Shown here one piece after another: positions 19,701-28,459 of a stretch of DNA of 64,000 bases (positions within the stretch are counted from its first letter, which is position 1; each line of letters opens with the position of its first letter). The stretch is from the NCBI GenBank assembly GCA_965652295.1, contig CBFGTS010000005.1, positions 64,001-128,000 of the forward strand, given 5' to 3'. Under the pieces are notes generated by a model, which searched no databases, was not told the DNA's origin, and saw nothing but the letters and a program-made list of their open reading frames with translations. Source of the DNA: an uncultured Haloferula sp. Its GTDB lineage: Bacteria > Verrucomicrobiota > Verrucomicrobiia > Verrucomicrobiales > Akkermansiaceae. The position numbers were made by a program, and so were the translations under genes.

Positions 19701-20170
19701 GGCCGTTTTTCTCCCTCGGCGATTTCGTCAACCGCCGCCTCATGAACAACGAGACCGGGTTGAAGGGTGCCCTGCAGGCGGCGATCGACAATGCGGGCCT
19801 GAATTCCTCCGCCACCGTCGCCACCTTTTCCCGCGGAAACTACCCGGAGGGCAGCAACATCCCGGAAGCCGATACCGGGGTCGGCACCCCCGGCTGGCTC
19901 ACCCAGGCGGATGTCCTCACCTCCCTCGCTCCCGTGATGGCGGTGAGGTCGGACACCTTCACCATCCGCGCGTATGGCGAAGCTCACGACGCTCAAGGTC
20001 GAGTCCTCGCCCGCGCATGCTACGAAGCGGTCGTACAGCGGGTGCCGGAGTGGCTCGACCCGAGCGATCCGCCTGAAGCGGAGCTTGAGGAGCTTTCCGC
20101 TCTCAACCAGCGCTTCGGACGGAGATTCAGGATTGTTTCGACGCGACAGATCCCCGCCGCTCTCTTATGA
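16709..20170 (+). CDS. Large PilX/GspK-like (class III signal) protein, Verru_Chthon cassette protein A-like
   Basis: Basic leader RRRAKPARG|FALVTVTMLMAL, then ARLALMLAMGELQK. C-terminal RGPFFSLGDFVNR, QADVL..RSDTFTIRAYG and FGRRFRIVS. Confidence 0.8.
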   Translation: MKPKTSFLRPLGRGGYFRRRAKPARGFALVTVTMLMALTAMLAIAMLSLGTVVLRGSRHGEARQVADSNARLALMLAMGELQKNLGDDRRITADGSILLENDNPEDPPPGSAMVGVWESDYSTISEDERGGVPDYGGRKDEHFLRWLISSGDPLALEDPDFQPPVDAEEAALLYGRTLDGFDLYGELVKVGEDHVPGAYAWAVTQNGTKAQINVGNDVERRHVNDALEAPTRPNVEVSGLASQPEEGWHKRRERLLNMDQALLDEDLGIDPAERGEVARSYTTASYGVQADVTRGGLRKDLSLAFELSDSDFRSDSLDGISNPFVSGEGPDGERPLFEPNTDGGPVSIDVNYGPFSLANIFKTGAPPTFQSLRSHYRIYKHTYRSTGGTTALARPVTSSYYRDRTPRGTETGIQPILDRLLMAFSLSVQGGEMNVVITPVITLWNPYSVAIEAEGFVAYPWMDFPIHIQWEISGSSRVNKGSHLSTFLGNKYVNQGHGRQETPYFYFELTEDGQGGTDQLIHLEPGEVRVFKPADKTPVPFTRQPPTATEQAKYQVLTCRMRPAAPGEAVGNSGGIAISMENSFKPENNLGVRFTGRESVKTTFSLDVSQYHYHVSLEDAGRMKSGRPDQWNKILDAQVRSGSQANIQFTSPSYSSRALMSVPQMVGVLETFHRTAAQGRSQLSDIVYTVNPQQRYVNGYLSSVSGVGMSPHYESSLRQAADFAAVNFQTTPDGERSYYGESNAPPGGRDYLSFFDLPVRPPISLGVFQHANVMDTVFGPANTIGNSWASPYIKRTDVRSVLRRSALGDVIKPRGLGIYDGSYLINNVLWDGYFLSSISPDSTPGSSGGATAWEEETAQVTRDLDEVIEEWVENSARRPLRNPRNVLHKGGYSDEEIIDRLTGSSGFAMAAAHLLTEGSFNVNSTRVDAWKAMLASLRGQEFELESGTEVDPSNASLMPRLTRPTGGANDQWNGYRQLSDDEIENLAERIVTEVRERGPFFSLGDFVNRRLMNNETGLKGALQAAIDNAGLNSSATVATFSRGNYPEGSNIPEADTGVGTPGWLTQADVLTSLAPVMAVRSDTFTIRAYGEAHDAQGRVLARACYEAVVQRVPEWLDPSDPPEAELEELSALNQRFGRRFRIVSTRQIPAALL

Positions 20171-20874
20171 AACCTGCTGCCGTGTTTCCGATCCGCCGAC
20201 TCTCCATGCTCCGCCTGCTTCTGACGCTCCTTTTCCTGAGTGGGACGAGCCACGCTCTCACGGTTCGTTTCCTCGCTTGGGATGATGCCGTCGCCACCCG
20301 CAAGGTTGTCGCCGCTTCCGTCGGCTCCGCCGGCCAGGAGATCCGGAACCTTCATCCGCTCAAACGGAGCGACCCCGTTTCCATGACTCCGGTGGAGGGT
20401 GCGTTGATCCTGCAGACGCCGGACAGGGCGAGCGAAGGCGACAAGCCCGCGGAAATGACGGTCAGCCTCCCATCATCGATCAAGCAACCCTTGGTCATCC
20501 TCATGCCGGATCCAAGGGCACCCACGGGCCTCCGGGGATTCGCGCTGAATGACAGCCCGGAAGGGTTTGCCTGGGGATCCTATCGGATGATCAATGCGAC
20601 TCCCAAGCCCCTCAATCTGGCCTTTGGCAAAAAGCGTCTGCGTCTGCCGACCGGCTGGAAAGTGGTGGACATCGACACCGACGGGGAAGGTTCCCAGTCG
20701 ATTTGGATGTCTACCGCCGACCAGCCGGACAAGCCCCTCTACACCAACGTCTGGGAGACCTCACCGCACATCCGCCGCCTGGTTTTCATCGTCCCCGGCA
20801 CGGATGCCCGCCTCGGGCCGCTGGGCCTCAAGATCATTCCCGAGGATCGGCGGACGGTGGCGGCGGAAGAGTGA
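20167..20874 (+). CDS. Exported hypothetical protein, translationally coupled to the upstream PilX-like gene
   Basis: ATGA overlap; signal peptide LLLTLLFLSGTSHA; FAWGSYRMINAT motif. Confidence 0.75.
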   Translation: MKPAAVFPIRRLSMLRLLLTLLFLSGTSHALTVRFLAWDDAVATRKVVAASVGSAGQEIRNLHPLKRSDPVSMTPVEGALILQTPDRASEGDKPAEMTVSLPSSIKQPLVILMPDPRAPTGLRGFALNDSPEGFAWGSYRMINATPKPLNLAFGKKRLRLPTGWKVVDIDTDGEGSQSIWMSTADQPDKPLYTNVWETSPHIRRLVFIVPGTDARLGPLGLKIIPEDRRTVAAEE

Positions 20875-21082
20875 GCGGCGTCGGGTTTCCCGCAGGAAGA
20901 ATAGTCCTGAGTTGATCCTTCGCTGGAGGACATGCGGAGTGATAGCAATACCGGTCGCGTCCGTCAGAACGCCTAGAGCGGCGAAATGCGTTCGCCGGGA
21001 CCTACCTGAGAAGACCGGCTTCCCCAATCACTCTCGGCGGACGCGTTCCGCCGCTCCTCCCCGGCCGCGAGAGGACGTGGCG

Positions 21083-22099
21083 TCAGCTGGAGTGCCGGCG
21101 CGTGATCTCGGTGATGGCCCAGGCGGCATGCTCGGCGACGAGGGGATCGGGCCCGGCGGCGGCTTCGCGCAGCACGGGGAGATCGTCGGGTGTGCCGGTG
21201 TTGCCGAGGACGACGCAGGCGTTGCGTTTCAGTCGCGGGAGCTTGATGCGCTTGATCGGGCTGCCCTTGAAAATGCGGCTGAAGTCCTCCTGTTCTAACA
21301 GAATAATGTCGCGAGCGCTCAGGTCGAAGATCGCCTCGCGGGCGTGAAAGGTGGTTTCTTGGGAGATTTGGGCGAAGCGGTTCCACGGGCAGACTTCGAG
21401 GCATTCGTCGCAGCCGTAGAGGCGGTCGCCGATGGCGCGGCGGAATTCCTCGGGGATCGCGCCCTTGTTCTCGATGGTGAGGTAGGAAATGCAGCGCCGG
21501 GCATCGACGCGGTGCGGTGCGGTGATGGCGTGGGTGGGGCAGGCGTCGAGGCAGCGGGTGCATTTCCCGCAGTGATCGCCGAAAGGTGCGTCGGGCTCGA
21601 GTTCGAGCGTGGTGAGCAGTTCGGCGAGGAAGAACCACGCGCCGAGCCGGCGGTGGATCTGGACGGTGGATTTCCCGTTCCAGCCGAGCCCCGCGTCGGT
21701 GGCGAAGTCGCGTTCGAGTACCGGGCCGGTGTCGACGTAATACCGCTGCTCGCCGCCGAGCCCGGTCATGGTTTCGTGGAGCGCCTTCAGTTTCGCTTCG
21801 ATGAGATCGTGGTAGTCGTCGTTCCACGCGTAGCGGGCGATCCGGTAGCCGGAGGGCGGGTTACTACCGGGGTAGTAGTTGAGCGCGAGGGTCACGACGG
21901 ACCGGCAGCCGGGAAGGACCTCGCGGGGGTCGGTGCGGCGGTGCGGGTTGCGCTCCAGCCATCCCATCCCTCCATGGCAGCCGTCGGCGATCCAGCGCTC
22001 GAAGGCGTCGGCGTGGGTCGCGCGGCCGGCGGCGGCGATCCGGCAGTCGTCGAAGCCGAGATCGGCGGCGGCTTGCTTGATGGTGCGGGCGAGGGACAC
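21083..22099 (-). CDS. queG: Epoxyqueuosine reductase QueG
   Basis: IARYAWNDDYH, YVDTGPVLER, CGKCTRCLDACPT and CISYLTIE..YGCDECLEVCPWN motifs. Confidence 0.96.
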   Translation of the reverse strand: MSLARTIKQAAADLGFDDCRIAAAGRATHADAFERWIADGCHGGMGWLERNPHRRTDPREVLPGCRSVVTLALNYYPGSNPPSGYRIARYAWNDDYHDLIEAKLKALHETMTGLGGEQRYYVDTGPVLERDFATDAGLGWNGKSTVQIHRRLGAWFFLAELLTTLELEPDAPFGDHCGKCTRCLDACPTHAITAPHRVDARRCISYLTIENKGAIPEEFRRAIGDRLYGCDECLEVCPWNRFAQISQETTFHAREAIFDLSARDIILLEQEDFSRIFKGSPIKRIKLPRLKRNACVVLGNTGTPDDLPVLREAAAGPDPLVAEHAAWAITEITRRHSS

Positions 22100-22179
22100 G
22101 GGACGGAGCCATCAACGCCCGGGCGGGGCGCTTCGCCAAGGGATTTGACACTGCGGATTCAGCGCGATTGGGTCGCCCC

Positions 22180-23103
22180 ATGAGAACGGGCATGGCAATC
22201 ATCGGTGGAATGCTGGCTTTCGGGGCGGCGGGCGCGGAAACCATCGGCACCTACAACATCCGCTACGACAACCCCGAGGACCGCGCGCACGGCAGGGCGT
22301 GGACCCAGCGTGCGCCGGTGGTGGCGGGCGTGATCCGTTTCCACGGCTTCGATGTCGTGGCCACGCAGGAGGGCTTCCGCCACCAGATCGACGATCTGGC
22401 GAAGCTGCTGCCGGAACATGCGGTCTCGATGCACGGCCGCGACGATGGGGCGGAAAAAGGCGAACAGATCGCGATTTTTTTCCGTGAGTCCGCCTACCGC
22501 CTGGCGGACGAGGGACGCTTCTGGCTGTCGCCGACTCCGGAGGAGCCGAGCCGCGGCTGGGATGCGGACCTTTTCCGGATGTGTGGCTGGGTGAAGCTGG
22601 AGCCGACCGATGGACGCCCTGATTTCTTCGTGTTCAGCGTGCATTTCGATCACCGCGGCGAGCAGGCACGGCAGGAAAGCGCGAGGCTGGTGCTGCGGAA
22701 GATCGACGAGATCGCCGGCAGCTCACCGGCGTATCTGGTGGGCGATTTCAATGCCGACCAGGCGAGCGCCACGCACCGCATCCTCGAGGAATCCCCGCGT
22801 TTCACCGATGCCTTTGGCTTGGCGGACATCCGCTATGCGCCGAATGGCACGATCAACCGCTTCGACCCGCAGGCGGTGACGGAACACCGCATCGACCACG
22901 TGTTTGTGCCGGAGGGGGCGCGGGTGCGGCGCTTTGGCATCCTCACGGACACCTACCACACGCGGGTCGAGGAAACCTCGGAGACCGGCGGTCCGCCGAG
23001 CGTCCCGAAGGAGGTGCGCTTTGGCGGCGGATACGCGACGCAGCTCCCCTCGGATCACTTCCCGGTGCTGGTGGAGTTGGTGGCACCGACGGGGAATTCG
23101 TGA
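22180..23103 (+). CDS. Exported endonuclease/exonuclease/phosphatase (EEP) family protein
   Basis: TYNIRY, QE, HFD, GDFN, IDH and SDHFPV motifs. Confidence 0.92.
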   Translation: MRTGMAIIGGMLAFGAAGAETIGTYNIRYDNPEDRAHGRAWTQRAPVVAGVIRFHGFDVVATQEGFRHQIDDLAKLLPEHAVSMHGRDDGAEKGEQIAIFFRESAYRLADEGRFWLSPTPEEPSRGWDADLFRMCGWVKLEPTDGRPDFFVFSVHFDHRGEQARQESARLVLRKIDEIAGSSPAYLVGDFNADQASATHRILEESPRFTDAFGLADIRYAPNGTINRFDPQAVTEHRIDHVFVPEGARVRRFGILTDTYHTRVEETSETGGPPSVPKEVRFGGGYATQLPSDHFPVLVELVAPTGNS

Positions 23104-23152
23104 TCAGGCCGGGGAGCTTGCAAAAGTATCTTCGGAGATCCACGGTGAACTC

Positions 23153-23347
23153 GTGAGCATTCAGGAAATTCGGGCCGAAATCGAGTCGCTTCCCGCGGAG
23201 GAAAGAAAGCGCCTCGCGGCCTTCCTCGTCTCGTTGCGGCACAAGGAACTTGCGGAATACCGGACCCGTCTAGGTCGCAAGATCGATGACAAGGTCACTG
23301 AGAATTGGGTGACCCTTGAAGAGCTCGATCAACGGCTCGAATCGTGA
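23153..23347 (+). CDS. Putative antitoxin (64 aa)
   Basis: GTG start, (M)SIQEIRAEIESLPAEERKRLAAFL..WVTLEEL; lies 3 nt upstream of a RelE-like gene; lower GC than the flanks. Confidence 0.7.
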   Translation: MSIQEIRAEIESLPAEERKRLAAFLVSLRHKELAEYRTRLGRKIDDKVTENWVTLEELDQRLES

Positions 23348-23350
23348 GTC

Positions 23351-23605
23351 ATGAGGTATAAGCTCCTCGTTTCGATCGACGTGGTCGAATTCCTCGAACG
23401 GCTTCCGTTGAAAACCCGGAAGAGCATTCGCAATGCGATTGCCGCCATTGGCGACGATCCGCTCGGCATGGCTGATGCAGAGGAATTCGATGACGTCGGC
23501 CGACAGCTCCAGATCGCCATCGCGGGCGACTTTGCTTTCACCTATTGGATCGATGACGCCGATCGGCATGTGAAAATCCTCGATCTCCACGCCGCCGACC
23601 GCTGA
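23351..23605 (+). CDS. RelE/ParE-superfamily toxin-like protein (84 aa)
   Basis: MRYKLLVS..FLERLPLKTRKSI..DDP..GDFAFTYWIDD..VKILD fits the RelE/ParE fold pattern. Confidence 0.7.
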   Translation: MRYKLLVSIDVVEFLERLPLKTRKSIRNAIAAIGDDPLGMADAEEFDDVGRQLQIAIAGDFAFTYWIDDADRHVKILDLHAADR

Positions 23606-23685
23606 CGGTCCAGCTGGCATGGTTTCAACTTCCTCCCGACGCAGCTGGCCCTCGCGCTTGCTCACCTCCGAAGGGCCGCGGCAGC

Positions 23686-24228
23686 TCAGTGAGCAAAGTG
23701 GTAGCGGGCGCTTTCGAGGATGCCGCAGGCGGTTTCCTCGGGGTCGAGTCCGGCGGTTTCGACCTCGAGGTCGGCGGCGGCGTGGTAGAGTGGCAGGCGT
23801 TGGTCGAGCAGCGCCTGGATGCGGGCCTGCGGATCGTCGGTTTCGAGCAGCGGGCGATCGCGGTTGCGGCTGGTGCGCTCGAGGATCACTTCGACCGGGG
23901 CTTGCAGCCAGACGACGTATCCGAGCTGCTTGAGCAGCGTGCGGCTGCGGCGGCGGGTGACGATGCCGCCGCCGGTGGAAATGATGCGCTGGGGACCGGG
24001 CGCGGCGAGTTCGTGAAGCACGGCGGCTTCAACGAGGCGGAAGTACGATTCGCCCCGCTCCGCGAAAATCCGCGAAATGGGCATGCCGGCCTTTCGCTCG
24101 ATGCGCTGGTCGAGATCGACGAACTCACAGCCGAGCATCCGTGCGAGGATGCGGCCGATGGTCGTCTTCCCACAGCCCATGAAGCCGATGAGGACGATGT
24201 TTTTCGGTGGGCCTGAGGCCGGGTTCAT
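23686..24228 (-). CDS. aroK: Shikimate kinase
   Basis: LIGFMGCGKTT, DLD, GESYFR, STGGG, RPLL and RLPLY motifs. Confidence 0.96.
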   Translation of the reverse strand: MNPASGPPKNIVLIGFMGCGKTTIGRILARMLGCEFVDLDQRIERKAGMPISRIFAERGESYFRLVEAAVLHELAAPGPQRIISTGGGIVTRRRSRTLLKQLGYVVWLQAPVEVILERTSRNRDRPLLETDDPQARIQALLDQRLPLYHAAADLEVETAGLDPEETACGILESARYHFAH

Positions 24229-24379
24229 GGGGTGATCGTAGGGGAGCTGGCGACGGACGTCGAACATCGAACTTCGAGGTTGATCGGGCGGGAGCGGTCG
24301 TTCACACCGTGTCCATCCGCCGGCCCGGCGCAACCGTCCGGGTGGCCCTTGCTTGAGCACGAATCGTTCCGAGTTGTTG

Positions 24380-24979
24380 ATGTCGTCGGTGGTCGAGGGT
24401 CTGGTGACCCGCGGCTGGGTGTGCCTGGATGGTTTTCTGGAGGAAACGGAGGCGCGCGAGCTGGCGGCGGAGAGCCTGGAAGCCTGGGAGTCCGGCGATT
24501 TCCGTCAGGCGGGTGTGGGCCGCGGAGCCGAGCGCGTGGTGCGGGAAGACATCCGGCGCGACCACGTGCTGTGGCTGGATCCGGAAACGGCGGGCCCGGC
24601 GGCGGCGAAATACCTCGCCCTGCTGGAAGAGCTGCGGATGGCGATCAACCGCGAGCTTTTCCTCGGGCTCTTCGAGTATGAGGGGCACTTCGCGGTCTAT
24701 CCGTCCGGTGCGTTTTACAAGGCGCATCTGGATCGCCACAAGGGCACCGCCGACCGCGTGGTGACGGCGATCCTTTATCTCAATGACGGCTGGCAGCCGG
24801 AGCACGGCGGGCGGTTGAAGATCTGGACCGAGCCCGGCAAGCAGGACGGCCCGTGCGAATACGTCGAGCCGCGGCTCGGCACGCTGGTCGTGTTTCTGGC
24901 CGGCGAGTATTGGCACGAGGTCGAGGTGGCGCGGGAAACGCGGATGAGCGTGACGGGCTGGTTCCGCGTGCGGAGCTGA
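24380..24979 (+). CDS. 2OG-Fe(II) oxygenase, prolyl-4-hydroxylase (EGL-9/SM-20/PPHD) type
   Basis: IRRDHVLWL, YKAHLD, TAILYLN..W..GG.L, WHEV and RMSVTGWF motifs. Confidence 0.9.
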   Translation: MSSVVEGLVTRGWVCLDGFLEETEARELAAESLEAWESGDFRQAGVGRGAERVVREDIRRDHVLWLDPETAGPAAAKYLALLEELRMAINRELFLGLFEYEGHFAVYPSGAFYKAHLDRHKGTADRVVTAILYLNDGWQPEHGGRLKIWTEPGKQDGPCEYVEPRLGTLVVFLAGEYWHEVEVARETRMSVTGWFRVRS

Positions 24980-25023
24980 TGCGGGCTTGATGGACCGCGG
25001 CCGGCCGCGGATGCTGGGCGGCG

Positions 25024-25269
25024 ATGACGGCTGAATGCACGGCGGCGGCGGTGGTGGAAATGCTGCGGGACGAGGGGCTCGTGGACCTTCCGTCGGGGAC
25101 GGGCGCGGAGACGGACCTATTCGATGCCGGGCTGGACTCGATGGCGGTGATGCAGCTCATCGTGATCGTCGAGGAACGCTGGGGCGTGAGCCTGGGTGTA
25201 GCGGACGCGCACCGCGAGGCGCTCGGCACCCCGGCGAGGTTGGCGGAAACGATCAACGCCCGGCGATGA
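25024..25269 (+). CDS. Acyl/peptidyl carrier protein
   Basis: LFDAGLDSMAVMQL phosphopantetheine-attachment motif; 81 aa, acidic. Confidence 0.88.
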   Translation: MTAECTAAAVVEMLRDEGLVDLPSGTGAETDLFDAGLDSMAVMQLIVIVEERWGVSLGVADAHREALGTPARLAETINARR

Positions 25270-26429
25270 AAGCGGACGTGTTGGTCATCGGCGGCGGCAG
25301 TGCCGGGCTGGCCGCGGCCGTAGCCGCGGCGAGGACCGGGGCGCGCACGTTGCTGGTGGAGCGCCACGGCTTCTGCGGCGGCATGGGTACGGCGTCCCTC
25401 GTACATACTTTCTGCGGCTTGTACCTCCAGGACACGGACGAGCCGGAATTCGCGAACCCCGGTCTGGCGGAGGAAATCGGTCGGCGCATGGAAGCACGGA
25501 CCGGCCTGCCGGCGGTGAAAATGGGCCGCGTGTGGGTGTTGCCACAGCACCCGGTCGAGTTCGCCGCGCTGGCCGATGAGATGCTGCGCGAGGCGGGCGT
25601 GGAGGTGCTTTTCCACAGCGAACTGGTCCGCCTGGAGCCGGCTTGGAAGGCGCAGGTCGCCTGCCGTGGTTCGGTTTTCGAGATCGAGGCCGCGGCGGTG
25701 GTCGATGCCAGTGGCGATGCGGTTGCTGCGGCGGCGCTCGGTGCGGTCCATGAGTTGACGGAGCCGGCCCGCCTGCAACGTCCGGCCTACGTCTGTGGCA
25801 TCCAAGGTGTGAGGGGGCCGGTCGCCGGGCTGGAACTCGCCGGGCGGATCGTCGAGGGCATCCGTGCCGGCGATTTGGACAAGGACGCGCTGGGCATGCA
25901 TTTCCGCGCCAGCGGGCGGCCAGGTGAGGTCTTCGCCACGCTCGATCTGACAGGGGTGGAAGCGGGCGAGTACGATCCTACTTCACCGCATTGTCTGGCG
26001 ACGCTGGAGTCGACCGGCCGACGGGTGGCGCGGGCGGTGGTGGGCCACCTGCGCGCGAACGCTCCGGGCTGGGAAGGGGCTTATGTTTCCCACTGGCCGG
26101 CGCGGGCGGGCGTGAGGGAAAGCCGCCGCTGGGTCGGCGAGGAGGTGCTCACCGGTGCCGAGGTCATGGCTGGCCGTCGTCGCGACGACGAAGTGGCTCT
26201 GGCGAGCTGGCCGCTCGAGCTGCGGGAAACGAACCGCGGGCCGAAATTGCGTTACCCCGAGGTCGCGGCCGGCATCCCGCGTGGAGCTTTGATGGCCAAG
26301 GGTTTCGAGCGGCTTTTCGTCGCCGGTCGGTGCCTCTCCTGCGATCACGAAGCCCAGGCTTCGATCCGGGTCATGGGAACGTGCTTCGCCACCGGTGAAG
26401 CAGCCGGCAGGATGGCCGTGGAGCGGTAG
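25266..26429 (+). CDS. FAD-dependent oxidoreductase (FAD_oxidored-type family)
   Basis: DVLVIGGGSAG, GGMGT, DASGD, GVRESRR and AGRCLS..ASIRVMGTCFATGEAAG motifs; ATGA overlap with the ACP gene. Confidence 0.9.
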   Translation: MKADVLVIGGGSAGLAAAVAAARTGARTLLVERHGFCGGMGTASLVHTFCGLYLQDTDEPEFANPGLAEEIGRRMEARTGLPAVKMGRVWVLPQHPVEFAALADEMLREAGVEVLFHSELVRLEPAWKAQVACRGSVFEIEAAAVVDASGDAVAAAALGAVHELTEPARLQRPAYVCGIQGVRGPVAGLELAGRIVEGIRAGDLDKDALGMHFRASGRPGEVFATLDLTGVEAGEYDPTSPHCLATLESTGRRVARAVVGHLRANAPGWEGAYVSHWPARAGVRESRRWVGEEVLTGAEVMAGRRRDDEVALASWPLELRETNRGPKLRYPEVAAGIPRGALMAKGFERLFVAGRCLSCDHEAQASIRVMGTCFATGEAAGRMAVER

Positions 26430-26471
26430 GCTCACTTCTGTGCCGAACCGCTCCACGTTTGCTTCCGGTGT

Positions 26472-27368
26472 TCATTGATCGCCGGCGGCGTCCTTCAAAT
26501 AGTCGCGCCATTGTCCGTGAGTTTTGATCTCGCCCGCACGCTCCCACCCGTATCCGGCGGCCCAGGACACCTGGCCCTTGTCGTCGGTCTTGGTGAGAAA
26601 TAGCGCGTGGCTCTCGTCGGGCTTGCCTGATTTGGTCTCCTTGTAGTCGAGAATGTCGGCGGGATCCATGACCACACCGGTGCCGAGGTCGGAGTCGTCG
26701 ATCTTTTCCCAGCAGCTCATCCAGCCTTCGCGGGCATTGCCGGCGGCCTTGGCCTTGCCGTCGTGGGTGGTGATGCCGACGGCCATCGGCAGGCCCGCCG
26801 CAAGCTCGCCGTCTTTCCAGGTGGTGGCGACCACGTGAAAGAGGCGCTCGCCCAGAGCGATGCGGATGCGCTTGGTCTGCTTGTAGGTGTGGCCGCCGTG
26901 ACTCCACTTGTAGTCGAGTTCGAAGACCGACTCCTGGGGTTCGCTTTTCAGCACTTTCCAGCTGACGTAGGTTTCGGTGTTCACCACCTGGTCATCGACC
27001 CACAAACCGATGCCGCCGCAGCCGAGCGACGAGCCGACGTGATACGGATCGTAGCCTTCTCCGTGGTCGGTGTGGTAGCTCTTGCCCTCTTTTTCACCCT
27101 TGTACCACTTGTCGATGATCGGGTAGTCCACGCGCTTGAGCCAGCAGTCGATGCCGCCATTTTCCGTGCCATCCCGCAGGGCCGGGCCGTAGGCGCGGAA
27201 GGCGACCTTGTCGTTTTCCCAGGCGAAGTCGTCCGAGCGCTCGGGCACGAAACGGGCGAAGGTGCGCGGCGCGGCATCGGACTGGGCGGCCGAAGGGCTG
27301 GTCAGGGATACCAGCGCGGAGAGGGCCAGGGCGACGGCGTGGAAGCGGGTTTGAGTTTTCATGAGCAT
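26472..27368 (-). CDS. DUF4861-family exported protein
   Basis: ARFVPERSDDFAWENDKVAFRAYGP, GIDCWLKR and YHTDHGEGYDPYHVGSSLGCGG motifs. Confidence 0.82.
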   Translation of the reverse strand: MLMKTQTRFHAVALALSALVSLTSPSAAQSDAAPRTFARFVPERSDDFAWENDKVAFRAYGPALRDGTENGGIDCWLKRVDYPIIDKWYKGEKEGKSYHTDHGEGYDPYHVGSSLGCGGIGLWVDDQVVNTETYVSWKVLKSEPQESVFELDYKWSHGGHTYKQTKRIRIALGERLFHVVATTWKDGELAAGLPMAVGITTHDGKAKAAGNAREGWMSCWEKIDDSDLGTGVVMDPADILDYKETKSGKPDESHALFLTKTDDKGQVSWAAGYGWERAGEIKTHGQWRDYLKDAAGDQ

Positions 27369-27631
27369 GGGTTTCGGAGTCTTCGGTTCAGGAAACGGCA
27401 GACCCTATTCGGGTGAATGTCCCGGATGAGGCAAGCCAAACCGGCCCACGACGTCAGCAGATCCGCTTCCGATGAGGAGACTGGGCGGGAGTGGGCGTCT
27501 CCGGATCTACAGACGCACACGGATGTTTGACCGACCTGGGAGAAGGTGAAAACCTGGTCCGACGAATGGGTTCGGTTTCCAGTAGCGACACGGGTCCCAT
27601 AGGTTTTGGCGCGCATTATTCGACAGTATCG

Positions 27632-28333
27632 ATGCAACAAGAAGCACTCATCCAAATGTTTGATCGGCAGGCGCAGTCCTACGACCAGCAGTGGAATGAC
27701 CTGGCCCCAATCAACAGCACTTTGCATTTGTTGACGGAAAGCGTCCTCTCCGGTCTACCGTCGACGGCGCACATTCTTTGCGTAGGGGCAGGAACGGGAG
27801 CCGAAATTCTACATCTAGCCCAAAGGTTCCCGACCTGGAAATTCACCGCGGTAGAGCCGTCAGTCCAGATGTTGAACGTTTTCCGAGACAAAGCAGAGAA
27901 GCATGGAATTCGATCACGATGCGTTTTCCACTCGGGATACCTTGACTCACTGCCGGTGCGCGAGGGATTTGACGCTGCCACCGCATTTCTGGTTTCTCAA
28001 TTCATTCTGGACAGGAAAGCCCGCGCGGCGTTTTTCCAGGGCATTGCCCGGCGGCTTCTTCCGGGAGGATTTCTCGTTAGTTCCGATTTGTCGTCAGATC
28101 TGGAGACGACGGGGGGCCAGAGCCTGTTGGAGCTCTGGTTTAAGGTGATGAGCAGAGGAGGGAGCTCGGACGACGGCATTCGCAGGATGCGAGATGCCTA
28201 CGTCAGGGACGTTGCGGTCCTGCCTTCCCGAGAGGTCGAGGAAATGATGGCGGACGGCGGATTCGAGCCGCCGACTCTCTTCTATCAAGCCGGGATGATT
28301 CGCGCTTGGTATGCGAAGCGATCGTCAAGCTAG
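27632..28333 (+). CDS. Class I SAM-dependent methyltransferase
   Basis: ILCVGAGTGAE, AVEPSVQML and LLPGG motifs; noticeably lower GC. Confidence 0.9.
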   Translation: MQQEALIQMFDRQAQSYDQQWNDLAPINSTLHLLTESVLSGLPSTAHILCVGAGTGAEILHLAQRFPTWKFTAVEPSVQMLNVFRDKAEKHGIRSRCVFHSGYLDSLPVREGFDAATAFLVSQFILDRKARAAFFQGIARRLLPGGFLVSSDLSSDLETTGGQSLLELWFKVMSRGGSSDDGIRRMRDAYVRDVAVLPSREVEEMMADGGFEPPTLFYQAGMIRAWYAKRSSS

Positions 28334-28459
28334 CCGGACCATGTCGCATGGTTCCGCCGCAAAAATAGGTTGGGAGCATGCCTCGCAGGTGCTCGCTGTC
28401 AGGCAGCCGGAGCGTGCACTTAGGACGGCCGGGTTCCCCGGTGACGACGACAGCCGTGG

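Noticed and set aside
8284..22099. queA and queG as a queuosine cluster or 7-deazaguanine DNA-modification island
   Set aside because: The genes are 12 kb apart among unrelated genes, with no tgt or dpd genes. Ordinary housekeeping.
22904..23152. Upstream extension of the antitoxin ORF (147-aa call)
   Set aside because: Overlaps the EEP gene. A GTG at 23153 with a fitting promoter is more plausible.
25035..25265. N-terminal extension of the FAD oxidoreductase
   Set aside because: Overlaps the ACP gene in another frame. The Rossmann motif begins right after ATG 25266.
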